A stretch of 64,000 bases of DNA from an uncultured Candidatus Binatia bacterium (GTDB lineage: Bacteria > Desulfobacterota > Binatia > UBA9968 > JAJDTQ01): assembly GCA_964291295.2 (NCBI GenBank), contig OZ219754.1:2080001-2144000 (forward strand), given 5' to 3'. The position numbers were made by a program, and so were the translations under genes. The notes beneath the pieces were generated by a model. That model searched no databases and had not been told where the DNA came from. It worked only from the letters and a program-made list of their open reading frames with translations. Below, in pieces: positions 1 through 9,325 of the stretch (position 1 is its first letter; every line of letters starts with the position of its first letter).

Positions 1-747
1 CCCCTGCTGGGCACGGCGTTCATGCTCACCACCATGGTCATCGCGATACCGTCGGCCATCAAGACGTTCAATTGGCTGGGCACGCTGTGGGGCGGTTCCA
101 TCCGCTTCACGGTGCCGTTGCTCTTCGCCATCGGCTTCGTCTCCAACTTCGTCATCGGCGGCTTGAGCGGCATCTTCATGGCGTCGACCCCGGTGGACAT
201 CTTCATCCACGACACGTACTTCATCGTGGCCCACTTCCACTACGTGGTGGCCGGCATCATCTTCGCCATGTTCGCGGCCATCTACTTCTGGTTCCCGAAG
301 ATGTTCGGGCGCAAGACGAACCATGCATGGGGCGTGGTGCACTTCATCGGCACCTATGTGTTCTTCAACCTGACCTTCTTCCCCATGCATTTCCTGGGGG
401 TCGGCGGGCACATCCGGCGGATCTACAATCCCATGCAGTATGAGTACCTGGAACAGTTCGGCGACATGAACGTCTTCATCACCATCAGCGCGTTCTGTCT
501 CGCGGTGTTCCAGATACCCTTCGTGGTGAACTTCGTCTGGAGCCTCTTTGCCGGCGAGAAGGCGTCAGAGAACCCCTGGGAGGCCAACACGCTGGAGTGG
601 TCGGCGCCGTCGCCGCCGCCCCACGGGAACTTCGCGGCCACGCCGCAGGTCTACCGCGGCCCTTACGAATACAGCGTCCCGAATGCGGACGAAGACTGGC
701 TGCCCCAGGATCGGCCCCTGGGCGCCGCCGCGGCTGCGGGTCACTGA
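1..747 (+). CDS. ctaD: Cytochrome c oxidase subunit I, C-terminal part (5' truncated by window)
   Basis: Heme-ligand motif HDTYFIVAHFHYV, plus TFFPMHFLG and NPWEANTLEW; frame is open from base 1. Confidence 0.97.
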   Translation, partial: PLLGTAFMLTTMVIAIPSAIKTFNWLGTLWGGSIRFTVPLLFAIGFVSNFVIGGLSGIFMASTPVDIFIHDTYFIVAHFHYVVAGIIFAMFAAIYFWFPKMFGRKTNHAWGVVHFIGTYVFFNLTFFPMHFLGVGGHIRRIYNPMQYEYLEQFGDMNVFITISAFCLAVFQIPFVVNFVWSLFAGEKASENPWEANTLEWSAPSPPPHGNFAATPQVYRGPYEYSVPNADEDWLPQDRPLGAAAAAGH

Positions 748-759
748 GGGGATACCCGG

Positions 760-1683
760 ATGGCCGACGCCTGGCTCCATCGGTTGGCGCTGACCACCGC
801 CGGAACCACCCTGTTCCTGTTGTTCGTGGGCGCCTTGGTCACGAGCAAGGGGGCGGGTCTTGCGGTGCCCGACTGGCCAACCACCTTCGGTCACAACATG
901 TTCCTGTTCCCCTGGGCCGAGATGGTGGGCGGCGTGTTCTATGAGCACAGCCACCGACTGGTGGCCTCCGGCGTCGGCGTCCTAACCCTGGTGCTGGCCG
1001 TGTGCCTGTGGCTGAGGGAACCTCGGGCGTGGGTGCGCTGGCTGGGCACCGCGGCATTGCTGCTGGTGATCGTTCAGGGGGTCGTGGGCGGCCTTCGGGT
1101 GGTGCTGTTGAAACAGGACTTCGCCATCATCCACGCGGCGCTGGCCCAGGCGTTCTTCGGCCTCACGGTGGCCATGGCCTTGTTCACCTCCCGGCCCTGG
1201 CGGGAGGCGGGAACTTCGAGGCCCTCCGGGGAGGGCCGGACGCTGTTCCAGTGGTCGTGCCTCGCCACCGTGCTGCTGATCTATCTGCAGAGCCTGCTGG
1301 GAGCTGTCATCCGCCACACCGGCACGGCCGTGGCCCTGCATGTGCTGGTGGCGCTGGTGGTGACCCTCCAGGCCGGCCTGCTGGCGGCGAGGGGGATCCG
1401 GCTGGGTGACGAAGTGCCGGTTTTCAGAACCCTTTCGGTGATTCTGGGAGTGCTTCTGGTGCTGCAGCTCGCTCTGGGCATCGGTTCCTTCGCGGCCCGC
1501 TTCCTGTCGTTCGGAGCGCTGTGGCCGCCGGGTCTCATCGTGGCCGTGACTGCGGGTCACGTGGTGACCGGCGCACTCCTGTTGGGCCTGAGCGTGGCCA
1601 TGGCCTTGTGGGCCTTTCGCCTGTTCGGCACGGGCCGGCTTCCGGTGGTAGCCGGGGCGGTTTCCCGGAGGGCTGTGGCGTGA
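760..1683 (+). CDS. ctaA: Heme A synthase (COX15/CtaA family)
   Basis: GALVTSKGAGLAVPDWP and EHSHRL motifs, multiple TM helices, cox operon context. Confidence 0.92.
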   Translation: MADAWLHRLALTTAGTTLFLLFVGALVTSKGAGLAVPDWPTTFGHNMFLFPWAEMVGGVFYEHSHRLVASGVGVLTLVLAVCLWLREPRAWVRWLGTAALLLVIVQGVVGGLRVVLLKQDFAIIHAALAQAFFGLTVAMALFTSRPWREAGTSRPSGEGRTLFQWSCLATVLLIYLQSLLGAVIRHTGTAVALHVLVALVVTLQAGLLAARGIRLGDEVPVFRTLSVILGVLLVLQLALGIGSFAARFLSFGALWPPGLIVAVTAGHVVTGALLLGLSVAMALWAFRLFGTGRLPVVAGAVSRRAVA

Positions 1684-2582
1684 CGCCGCGAACCGCGACA
1701 TGCGACATCGGCTCGACATACGGCCGGAAGCTGTCCGACTACATCGAACTCACCAAGCCAAGGCTCGTGCTGATGGTCCTGCTCACCACCCTGGTGGGCT
1801 TCTACATGGGCTCCCGGCCGGTCCCCGACTACCTCGTGCTGTTGCCGCTCCTGCTGGGGACCCTGCTTGCCGCCGGCGGCACCTTGGCCCTCAATCAGTC
1901 TCTGGAACGCGACATCGACGCCAGCATGAAACGCACCCGGCACCGGCCGATCCCCGAAGGCAGGATCCAGCCGGTGGAGTGCGTCCTGTTCGGCACCATT
2001 CTGACAGCCTCGGGGCTGGTGTTGCTGCTGGTGGCCGTCAACGTCCTCAGCGCCCTTCTGACGGCCATCATCTCCGTGACCTATCTGTTCCTCTACACGC
2101 CATTCAAGCGGAAATCGCCCCTGTGCAGCCTCATCGGCGCCGTCCCCGGAGCACTGCCTCCCGTCATCGGCTGGACCGCGGCACAGGACACCCTCGGCCT
2201 GGAGGCCGGGATCCTCTTCGGTATACTCTACCTGTGGCAGATCCCCCACAATCTGGCCATCGCCCGGCTCCATCGCGACGATTTCCAGTGCGCGGGCATC
2301 CGCTTCCTGCCGGTGGTGGACGAAGAAGGGAAGAGTACGGGCCGGCAGGCCATGAGCCACTGCTTGGCGTTGCTGGCGGTAAGCCTGATGCCGACCCTCA
2401 CCGGTTTCGCGGGCGCGGTCTACTATTTCGCGGCCATCCTGCTGGGGGCGGGCTTTCTCGTCTACGCGGTGAGGCTCGCGGTGCTGAGGTCGGTCACGAG
2501 CGCGCGGCATCTGCTCTTTGCGTCCCTGTTCTACCTGCCGCTGCTGTTCGTGGCCATGGCCCTTGACAGGATACCGATCTGA
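1680..2582 (+). CDS. ctaB: Protoheme IX farnesyltransferase (heme O synthase)
   Basis: ELTKPRL, ERDIDASMKRTRHRPIP, GAVPGALPP and WQIPH motifs; GTG start overlaps upstream TGA. Confidence 0.95.
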   Translation: MTPRTATCDIGSTYGRKLSDYIELTKPRLVLMVLLTTLVGFYMGSRPVPDYLVLLPLLLGTLLAAGGTLALNQSLERDIDASMKRTRHRPIPEGRIQPVECVLFGTILTASGLVLLLVAVNVLSALLTAIISVTYLFLYTPFKRKSPLCSLIGAVPGALPPVIGWTAAQDTLGLEAGILFGILYLWQIPHNLAIARLHRDDFQCAGIRFLPVVDEEGKSTGRQAMSHCLALLAVSLMPTLTGFAGAVYYFAAILLGAGFLVYAVRLAVLRSVTSARHLLFASLFYLPLLFVAMALDRIPI

Positions 2583-2583
2583 T

Positions 2584-2700
2584 ATGGAATCGACGGTGGA
2601 CATCTCGAGTCGGAGGCGGAACAGCCGCCTGGGATGGCTCATCGGCGCCGTGGCGGTCAGCTACATCCTGGCGGCGGTGATGTTCCTGGTGGTCTATTGA
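2584..2700 (+). CDS. Small single-TM protein (38 aa), likely oxidase-associated small protein
   Basis: MESTVDISSRRRNSRLGWLIGAVAVSYILAAVMFLVVY: basic stretch then one TM helix; starts 1 nt after the ctaB stop. Confidence 0.6.
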   Translation: MESTVDISSRRRNSRLGWLIGAVAVSYILAAVMFLVVY

Positions 2701-2754
2701 GGGCTCCCCTTCCGGCAGGCCATTGAATCGACGCGGCATTGACGGGAAGTACGC

Positions 2755-3408
2755 ATGGCACGGGAAGCGACCGCCAGGGCCCTGATCGACGACCGCGTGG
2801 AAACGCCGGCGCCCGCGTCCGTTCCTGGCGGAGGCCCGCCGCCCTCCCCCCCGGGCCCGGTGATCAGCAACGCGCGGCTGGGGTTGATGATGTTCATCGG
2901 CGCGGAAGTGATGTTCTTCGCCGGGTTGATCGGCGCGTTTCTGGTGTTGCGGCTCAGCAGCGAGGTCTGGCCGCCGCCCTCGCAGCCCCGATTGCCGGTA
3001 TGGATCACGGGGTTCAACACGCTGGTGCTGCTGGTGAGCGGCCTCGCCATGCACCGGGCGTCTTTGGCTGCCCGACTGCGGGATCCGGTGCGGCTGTCCG
3101 GCGGACTGCTCGCCACCGTTGTCCTGGGGACGCTCTTTCTGTGCATCCAGGGGTACGAGTGGGTGCGGCTGATCGGGTTCGGCCTGACCATGCGGAGCGG
3201 CCTGTACGGATCGACGTTCTACGCCCTCATCGGATTGCACGGGCTCCACGTTTTCGCGGCGCTGGTGTGGGTGGGCGTGGTCTGGATCCTGGCGCGGCAG
3301 GGGCGCTACACGACGGGCCCTGCGGTGGGTATCGAGATCTGCACCATGTACTGGACGTTCGTGGTGGCGTTGTGGCCCGTGCTCTACGGCCTCGTGTACC
3401 TGTACTGA
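2755..3408 (+). CDS. Cytochrome c oxidase subunit III family protein
   Basis: GLMMFIGAEVMFFAGL, FYALIGLHGLHV, YWTFVVALW. Confidence 0.92.
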   Translation: MAREATARALIDDRVETPAPASVPGGGPPPSPPGPVISNARLGLMMFIGAEVMFFAGLIGAFLVLRLSSEVWPPPSQPRLPVWITGFNTLVLLVSGLAMHRASLAARLRDPVRLSGGLLATVVLGTLFLCIQGYEWVRLIGFGLTMRSGLYGSTFYALIGLHGLHVFAALVWVGVVWILARQGRYTTGPAVGIEICTMYWTFVVALWPVLYGLVYLY

Positions 3409-3409
3409 C

Positions 3410-3670
3410 ATGCGCCGGGTTTCGATGGACACGTCACGGCTCGCGCCGGTGGTTGCGCTGACGGCGGGACTCGCGCTGTGGACGCCGCAGGGACTCGCGG
3501 CGGAGGCCGAGCGGACCACCGACGCCTGGAGCTGGACCGTCCTGTTTCTGATGGCCATGCCCTACGCCACCCTGGCCGGCTGCCTGGGCTGGTTCGTCTA
3601 TCGTTATACGCGTTCGCAGAGGACGGGGAGGGCCGGCTCCATGTCGTCAAAAAAGGAGAATGCCAGATGA
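3410..3670 (+). CDS. Small membrane protein in cox operon (hypothetical)
   Basis: Signal-like N-terminus and TM segment VLFLMAMPYATLAGCLGWFVY; abuts both neighbours. Confidence 0.6.
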   Translation: MRRVSMDTSRLAPVVALTAGLALWTPQGLAAEAERTTDAWSWTVLFLMAMPYATLAGCLGWFVYRYTRSQRTGRAGSMSSKKENAR

Positions 3671-4278
3671 GCGAAGCTGCGATGTTGCGCCGGGAGCCTG
3701 CGGAGTCTCCCCTGACCCCCGAAAGCTGGGGCAAGCTGGGAATGTGGATCTTTCTCTGCGGCGACGCCATGACTTTCGGGACCCTTATCGTGACCTTCGG
3801 CATCATGCGCATTGCCGCGGACAACTGGCCGGTGCCGTCGGAAGTGCTCGGCATCAACCTGACCGCCGCCATGACCTTTCTGCTCATCTGCAGCAGCGTG
3901 ACCATGGTGCTGGCCCTCTCCGGCATCAAGCGCGGCAACATGCGGGAGTTCAGAAAGTTCATGCTGCTCACGATCCTCGGAGGGGTGGCTTTCCTGGGGT
4001 GCCAGGTTTACGAATGGACCCATCTCATTCACGAGGGCGTGACCATCTCCGCCAACAAGTACGGCTCGCCGGTGTTCGGCGACACTTTCTACATCATGAC
4101 CGGCTTTCACGGCATGCACGTGTTCGGCGGGGTCGTGTACCTCGCGATTGTCCTGGTGGGAGGACTGACCGGCCGCATCACCCGGGACAACGCCTCCGTG
4201 GTTGAGATCGCCGGTCTTTACTGGCACTTTGTCGACCTCGTCTGGATTCTGATCTTTACTTTCGTCTACCTCCTGTAG
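3667..4278 (+). CDS. Cytochrome c oxidase subunit III family protein (second copy)
   Basis: KLGMWIFLCGDAMTF, TGFHGMHV, GLYWHFVDLVWILIF; AAGGAG SD before ATG 3667. Confidence 0.93.
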   Translation: MSEAAMLRREPAESPLTPESWGKLGMWIFLCGDAMTFGTLIVTFGIMRIAADNWPVPSEVLGINLTAAMTFLLICSSVTMVLALSGIKRGNMREFRKFMLLTILGGVAFLGCQVYEWTHLIHEGVTISANKYGSPVFGDTFYIMTGFHGMHVFGGVVYLAIVLVGGLTGRITRDNASVVEIAGLYWHFVDLVWILIFTFVYLL

Positions 4279-4288
4279 GAGAGCATCC

Positions 4289-4576
4289 ATGGCAGATACC
4301 GCAGTCCATAGCGAAACACACGCCGAGCCCAACTACCTCGCGGTATTCGGTTGGCTTTTCTTTCTCACGGTGGTGGAAGTGGGCATCATCTACGTGCCGG
4401 TGTCCAAGCTCATGATCGCTGCCGGGCTGGTGCTGCTGGCATCGGTCAAGGCCGCGCTGGTGGCCATCTACTTCATGCACCTGAAGTTCGAAAAGGTGGT
4501 GATCTGGTGGATCGCCGTGATCCCGGCCATTCTCTGCGTCTTCCTGATCTTCATGCTGATTCCGGAACTGGCCTGA
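4289..4576 (+). CDS. Cytochrome c oxidase subunit IV family protein
   Basis: Three TM helices, KAALVAIYFMHLKFE motif. Confidence 0.9.
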   Translation: MADTAVHSETHAEPNYLAVFGWLFFLTVVEVGIIYVPVSKLMIAAGLVLLASVKAALVAIYFMHLKFEKVVIWWIAVIPAILCVFLIFMLIPELA

Positions 4577-4724
4577 GTTCCGGTACGACGCCGAGGGCCG
4601 GAACGGGCCGGTTCGAAGCCGTGTCCCATCCGGCCCGCGCATCGTCCCGGGAACACCTCTTCGCCTGCCTTCCACCCTTGGCGGGGCTGGAGGCGGGCCG
4701 CCACGAACCACGGGGTCGATTCCG

Positions 4725-5138
4725 GTGACGTTCCTCCCTCACCTGAACGCGCTGCTCAACTCGGTCAGTGCGGTTCTGCTCCTCGCCGGCTACGGTTTCG
4801 TCCGGCGGCGCAATCTGAACGCGCACCGGCGATGCATGCTGGCTGCGCTGGGCAGCTCGAGCCTGTTCCTGATCTCTTACCTCGTCTATCACTTCAACGT
4901 GGGTTCCGTCCGCTTCCAGGGCCAGGGCTGGTTCCGGATGGTGTACTTCGCGGTGCTGGTGTCGCATACGGTGCTGGCCACGGTCATCGTGCCGCTGGTG
5001 GTGATCACCGTCGTCCGGGCACTGAGCGGGCGTTTCGAACAGCACCGCGCCATCGCGCGCTGGACCCTGCCGCTCTGGATCTACGTATCGGCCACCGGCG
5101 TTGCCGTGTACTGGATGCTGTACCGGATGGACTTCTAG
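4725..5138 (+). CDS. DUF420 family membrane protein
   Basis: LPHLNALLN, HRRCM, HRAIARWTLPLWIYVSATGVAVYWMLY. Confidence 0.9.
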   Translation: MTFLPHLNALLNSVSAVLLLAGYGFVRRRNLNAHRRCMLAALGSSSLFLISYLVYHFNVGSVRFQGQGWFRMVYFAVLVSHTVLATVIVPLVVITVVRALSGRFEQHRAIARWTLPLWIYVSATGVAVYWMLYRMDF

Positions 5139-5159
5139 CCAAGGTCTTTTTCGGAGGAT

Positions 5160-5996
5160 CTATCGATCCCGTTGATCGACTCCGGCCATGCACCCCGTTT
5201 CCGGATCGAAGGCGGCAACGGCACGCACGGCGGGCGCGACGCCCGGCGCCGCGGCGATGACGGGGTTGCCGTGCCGCAAGCCGTCGTTGGCGAGGAAATC
5301 GTTGGTCCAGCCGCCCGCCTCGGTGACGAGGAGTATCCCGGCCAGGCAGTCCCATGCGTTGATGTGCGCTTCCAGATAGCCGATCAGCCGTCCCGCGCCG
5401 ACGTAGGCCAGCATCAAGGCGCCGGAACCATTGCGCTGGTAGATCCCGCCGGCATCCAGGAGTCGACGGATGCTGTCCACCGCGGTGGCCGCCGGGGTCC
5501 GGGCCGAATAGCCGATGCCGACGGTGCCCTGGGCGAGGCTCTTGGCCGTGTTGACCGAAATCGGCGTCTCGCCGCAGAAGGCGCCATGGCCCCGGCGCGC
5601 CGCGAAGAGTTCGTCCGCATTCGGATCGTAGACGACGCCGGCCTCGATTCGACACTGCCGCACATAGGCGATGGAAACGCACCACACCGGTACCCGGTTG
5701 ATGAAGTTGGTCGTACCGTCGATGGGATCGATGACCCAGATGCCGCCGCTGTCGCGCGGGTCGGGAGCGCCGCCGCTTTCTTCGCCCAGAAAGCCGTCGT
5801 CGGGAAAGAGCGCGTGAAGGCGCTTGCGGATGAGGGCCTCTACGGCGAGGTCCGCCTGGCTGACGAAGTCATGCCGACCCTTGGAGACCACCTCGAGGGC
5901 GCCCGGATCGCGAAAATACTCCAGCGCCGTCCGGCCCGCCTCGTAGGCGATCTCCCTTGCCGCCCGGAAACGGCGCACCTGCCCTTGATCATCCAT
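5160..5996 (-). CDS. Inositol monophosphatase family protein
   Basis: FLGEE, WVIDPIDGTTNF, GSGAL and WDCLAG motifs. Confidence 0.93.
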   Translation of the reverse strand: MDDQGQVRRFRAAREIAYEAGRTALEYFRDPGALEVVSKGRHDFVSQADLAVEALIRKRLHALFPDDGFLGEESGGAPDPRDSGGIWVIDPIDGTTNFINRVPVWCVSIAYVRQCRIEAGVVYDPNADELFAARRGHGAFCGETPISVNTAKSLAQGTVGIGYSARTPAATAVDSIRRLLDAGGIYQRNGSGALMLAYVGAGRLIGYLEAHINAWDCLAGILLVTEAGGWTNDFLANDGLRHGNPVIAAAPGVAPAVRAVAAFDPETGCMAGVDQRDR

Positions 5997-7098
5997 ATCC
6001 GCGGCCCCCGGCTCGCGCATCCGTCCGGATCCGGTTCTCGAGCAGCGTCACACCACGGTCGCGAAAGGCGATCCGAACACGGGAGCCCGGCGGAATCACC
6101 GCATCGAACCGGTAGTTCGCCACGAAGAGCCCGCCGAGCGGGGTGTCGAGGGTGTATTCGACATGGTTGCCGACGTAGGTGCTCTGCGTCACCGTTCCCG
6201 TGAGTCCCTCCTGCCCGCTCACTTCCAGGGTGATGGCCTCGGGGCGCACGGCGACTTTCACGGGCCCGGTGGGCAGACCCCGGTGCGGCAGACGCAGTTC
6301 GAGGCGGTCGCCCACGCGGACCGTTGCGTCGTCCCCGTCGCGGTCGATCAACTCGGCGTCGATGACGTTGGCATCGCCGATGAAGTCGGCCACGAAGAGG
6401 TCCCGGGGGGCCTCGTAGACCTCGCTCGGTACGCCTTCCTGGGCGATCTCCGCATTGCGCATCACGATGATGCGATCCGACACCGCCAGGGCTTCCTCCT
6501 GGTCGTGGGTGACGTAGACCGTGGTCAGGCCGAGGCTCTGCTTCAACTCGCGGATCTCCTCGCGAACCTGGCGCCGCAGCTTGGCGTCGAGGTTGGAGAG
6601 GGGTTCGTCGAACAACAGCACCGTGGGTTCCAGGACAAGGGCGCGGGCGACGGCGACGCGCTGTTGCTGGCCGCCGGAAAGTTCGCTCGGCAGGCGCGCG
6701 CCGTAGCCCGCAAGACCCACCAGCTTGAGCCCTTCCTCGGCCCGCTCCCGTGTCTCCGCCTTGGCAACGCCGCTCACCGAAAGGCCATAGGAGACGTTCT
6801 CGAACACCGTCATGTGCGGAAACAGAGCGTAGGACTGAAACACCATGGAGACATCCCGCGCGCTGGCCGGCAGGCGGGAAACGTCGTTGCCGCCGATGAA
6901 CACGCTGCCCGAGGTGGGCATTTCCAGCCCGGCGATGAGCCGGAGGGTCGTGGTCTTGCCGCAGCCGCTCGGTCCCAGCAAGGTCACCAGATCGCCGGCT
7001 TGAACCTCGAAGGAGATCCGGTCCACTGCGACGACCGTTCCATAGTGCTTGCTGACATTGTCGAACCGCACGGCGGCGGCCGGTTTCGGGCGGCTCAT
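5989..7098 (-). CDS. ABC transporter ATP-binding protein (AfuC/FbpC-like)
   Basis: GPSGCGKT, LSGGQQQR, LLFDEP and a TOBE-like tail; true start MSRPKP at 7098. Confidence 0.95.
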   Translation of the reverse strand: MSRPKPAAAVRFDNVSKHYGTVVAVDRISFEVQAGDLVTLLGPSGCGKTTTLRLIAGLEMPTSGSVFIGGNDVSRLPASARDVSMVFQSYALFPHMTVFENVSYGLSVSGVAKAETRERAEEGLKLVGLAGYGARLPSELSGGQQQRVAVARALVLEPTVLLFDEPLSNLDAKLRRQVREEIRELKQSLGLTTVYVTHDQEEALAVSDRIIVMRNAEIAQEGVPSEVYEAPRDLFVADFIGDANVIDAELIDRDGDDATVRVGDRLELRLPHRGLPTGPVKVAVRPEAITLEVSGQEGLTGTVTQSTYVGNHVEYTLDTPLGGLFVANYRFDAVIPPGSRVRIAFRDRGVTLLENRIRTDARAGGRGYG

Positions 7099-9305
7099 CC
7101 CACCGCGCCTCCCGCGCCGAAGGCTACGTTCATGGACGCCTCCCGGCGGCCGACGCGGCGCTCGCCCACCGCCAGTTGAATCAGCAGGATCACCACCACC
7201 ATGACCACGATCAGGACCGAGCTGTAGGCGATGGAGAGGCCATAGTCGCCGTTCTCCACCCGGCCGATGATGTAGGACGTGGCCATGTCGTAGTTGGCGC
7301 TGACCAGGAAGATCACCGCACTGATGGCCGTCATGGCGCGGACGAAGCTGAACACCAGGGCGGCCACCACCGCCGGCCGGAGCAACGGCAGGACCACCCT
7401 GCGGACGGTGGCGAAGGAGTTGGCGCCCAAGGTCAACGAGGCTTCGTCCAGACTCTTGTCGATCTGGGTCATGGCGGCGATGCCGGCGCGGACGCCCACC
7501 GGCATGTTGCGGAAGATGAAGCAGAGGATCAGTATGATGCCGGTGCCCGTGAGTTCGATGGGCGGTACGTTGAAGGCCAGGATGTACCCGACGCCAATGA
7601 CGGTGCCGGGTATCGCGAAGCTCAACAGGGTGCCGAACTCGAACGCCTTCTGGCCCGCGAACTTCTGCCGGATCAGCAGGTAGGCGGTGAGCAGACCCAC
7701 GGCCGCGGTCAGGGGTGCGGCAAGGACGGAGATGTAGAGGGTGGTCCAGAAGGAGTTCCAGGCCGCTCCGGACCAGACCAGACCGCCCGCTCCGGTGGTG
7801 ACGGAAAAGGCATCGATGTAGTGGCGCAGGGTGAGGCTGTGATCCCGTCCCCAGAGTTCGACGAAGCCGCCGAACAGGATCATGCAGTAGATCACCGCGG
7901 TCAGCCCGGCCCAGGGCAGGGCCGACCCGTAGACCAGCCAGATGACGCGCCGGGGCAGCGGGACATGCAGGCCGGCGTCGCCCTTGCCGGTGACGGTGGC
8001 GTAGGACTTGTGTCCCAGCCAGCGATGCTGTGCCCAGAACGCGGACAAGGTGAAGACCAGCAGAATGATGGCCAGGACCGCGGCCCGACCCTGGTCGTTC
8101 TGGGCCCCGACGATGGCGAAGAATATGGATGTCGACAACACATCGAAGTTGCCCCCCAGGACCAGTGGGTTGCCGAAATCCGCCAAGCTTTCGATGAAGC
8201 CCACCAGGAAGGCATTGGCCAGACCCGGGCGCATGAGCGGCAGCGAGACGGTGGTGAAGGTGCGCCAGTTGCTGGCGCGCAGGGTCTGCGAGGCCTCTTC
8301 CATCGACGGGCTGACCCCCTCGACCACGCCGACCAGGACCAGGAAAGCGATGGGCGTGAAGGCCAGCGTCTGGGCCAGCCAGATACCCGGCAGGCCATAG
8401 ATGTAGCGTCCCGGGGTGGTGCCGGTGATGGCCTCGATGGCTTGGGTGACCATACCCGAGGCGCCGAACAGGAGGATGAGGGCAAGGCCGATGACGAAAG
8501 GTGGCGTGATGATGGGCAGGACGCTCAGGAGACGCAGCAGGCGCTTGGCCCGGAAGCCGGTGCGGGTTGCCAGCAGCGCGAAGGCAAGGCCCAGGAGCGT
8601 GGTACTGGCCCCCACCACGATGGCCATCCACAGGGAGTTCCAGGCGACACCACAGTTGACGCGGGTGGTCAGGCAACCCAGCCCCCAGATGTCGCGGCTC
8701 AACAGTTTCTCGATGAAGAGATGGGGCACGAAGTTGTAGTCGTTGTCCTGAACCGCGCTGGCCAGGATGCGAACGACCGGAAAGAAGATGAATGCGGCAA
8801 CGAGGGCGATGACCAGGACGATGGAGCCGACGACGAAGCCGTCGCCGTTGATGGCCCCGCGCGCGGCGATTCCCTGCGCGAACAGGAACAGGAAGGAAGC
8901 CGATACCAGCAAGGCACCGTAGCCCATGCCGAACTGGCGGTCGCCGAGGGAACCGAAAAGCACCTCCAGGGATGCGTATTCCCAGCCGCCGATGCCGATG
9001 AGGAAACCCTGGCCCAGCAAACAGACCATGCCGAAACTGCCCGCCGCCAGCAGGACCATGGCGAAGACCGGGTCGGTGCGCCGGCGGCGTAGCACCAGCA
9101 GGGGCGCGGCCAGCGGCACCAGCAAAGGCGCCAGCCACCAGCGGCCCATCAGCGGCACCTGCAGCAAGGCCGGCGCCGTGCCGGCGCCGGCAGGGTACTC
9201 GGGAAGCCATGCGAAGAACCAGAATCCGTCTTCCACACCGTACCAGGGGAGGAGCGCGAAACCGCTCCACCCCACGGCGAGCCAGAACACGGCGGGCCGG
9301 TGCAT
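7095..9305 (-). CDS. ABC transporter permease (AfuB/FbpB-like, duplicated domain)
   Basis: Two EAA loops (MEEASQTLRA, LDEASLTLGA), DFGNPLVLGG. Confidence 0.93.
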   Translation of the reverse strand: MHRPAVFWLAVGWSGFALLPWYGVEDGFWFFAWLPEYPAGAGTAPALLQVPLMGRWWLAPLLVPLAAPLLVLRRRRTDPVFAMVLLAAGSFGMVCLLGQGFLIGIGGWEYASLEVLFGSLGDRQFGMGYGALLVSASFLFLFAQGIAARGAINGDGFVVGSIVLVIALVAAFIFFPVVRILASAVQDNDYNFVPHLFIEKLLSRDIWGLGCLTTRVNCGVAWNSLWMAIVVGASTTLLGLAFALLATRTGFRAKRLLRLLSVLPIITPPFVIGLALILLFGASGMVTQAIEAITGTTPGRYIYGLPGIWLAQTLAFTPIAFLVLVGVVEGVSPSMEEASQTLRASNWRTFTTVSLPLMRPGLANAFLVGFIESLADFGNPLVLGGNFDVLSTSIFFAIVGAQNDQGRAAVLAIILLVFTLSAFWAQHRWLGHKSYATVTGKGDAGLHVPLPRRVIWLVYGSALPWAGLTAVIYCMILFGGFVELWGRDHSLTLRHYIDAFSVTTGAGGLVWSGAAWNSFWTTLYISVLAAPLTAAVGLLTAYLLIRQKFAGQKAFEFGTLLSFAIPGTVIGVGYILAFNVPPIELTGTGIILILCFIFRNMPVGVRAGIAAMTQIDKSLDEASLTLGANSFATVRRVVLPLLRPAVVAALVFSFVRAMTAISAVIFLVSANYDMATSYIIGRVENGDYGLSIAYSSVLIVVMVVVILLIQLAVGERRVGRREASMNVAFGAGGAVG

Positions 9306-9325
9306 CAGCCTTTCGGGTCAGGCGC

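Noticed and set aside
5989-9270. 1093-aa ORF
   Set aside because: Only the part from 7098 is the ATPase; the rest is an Arg/Pro-rich shadow frame over the permease.
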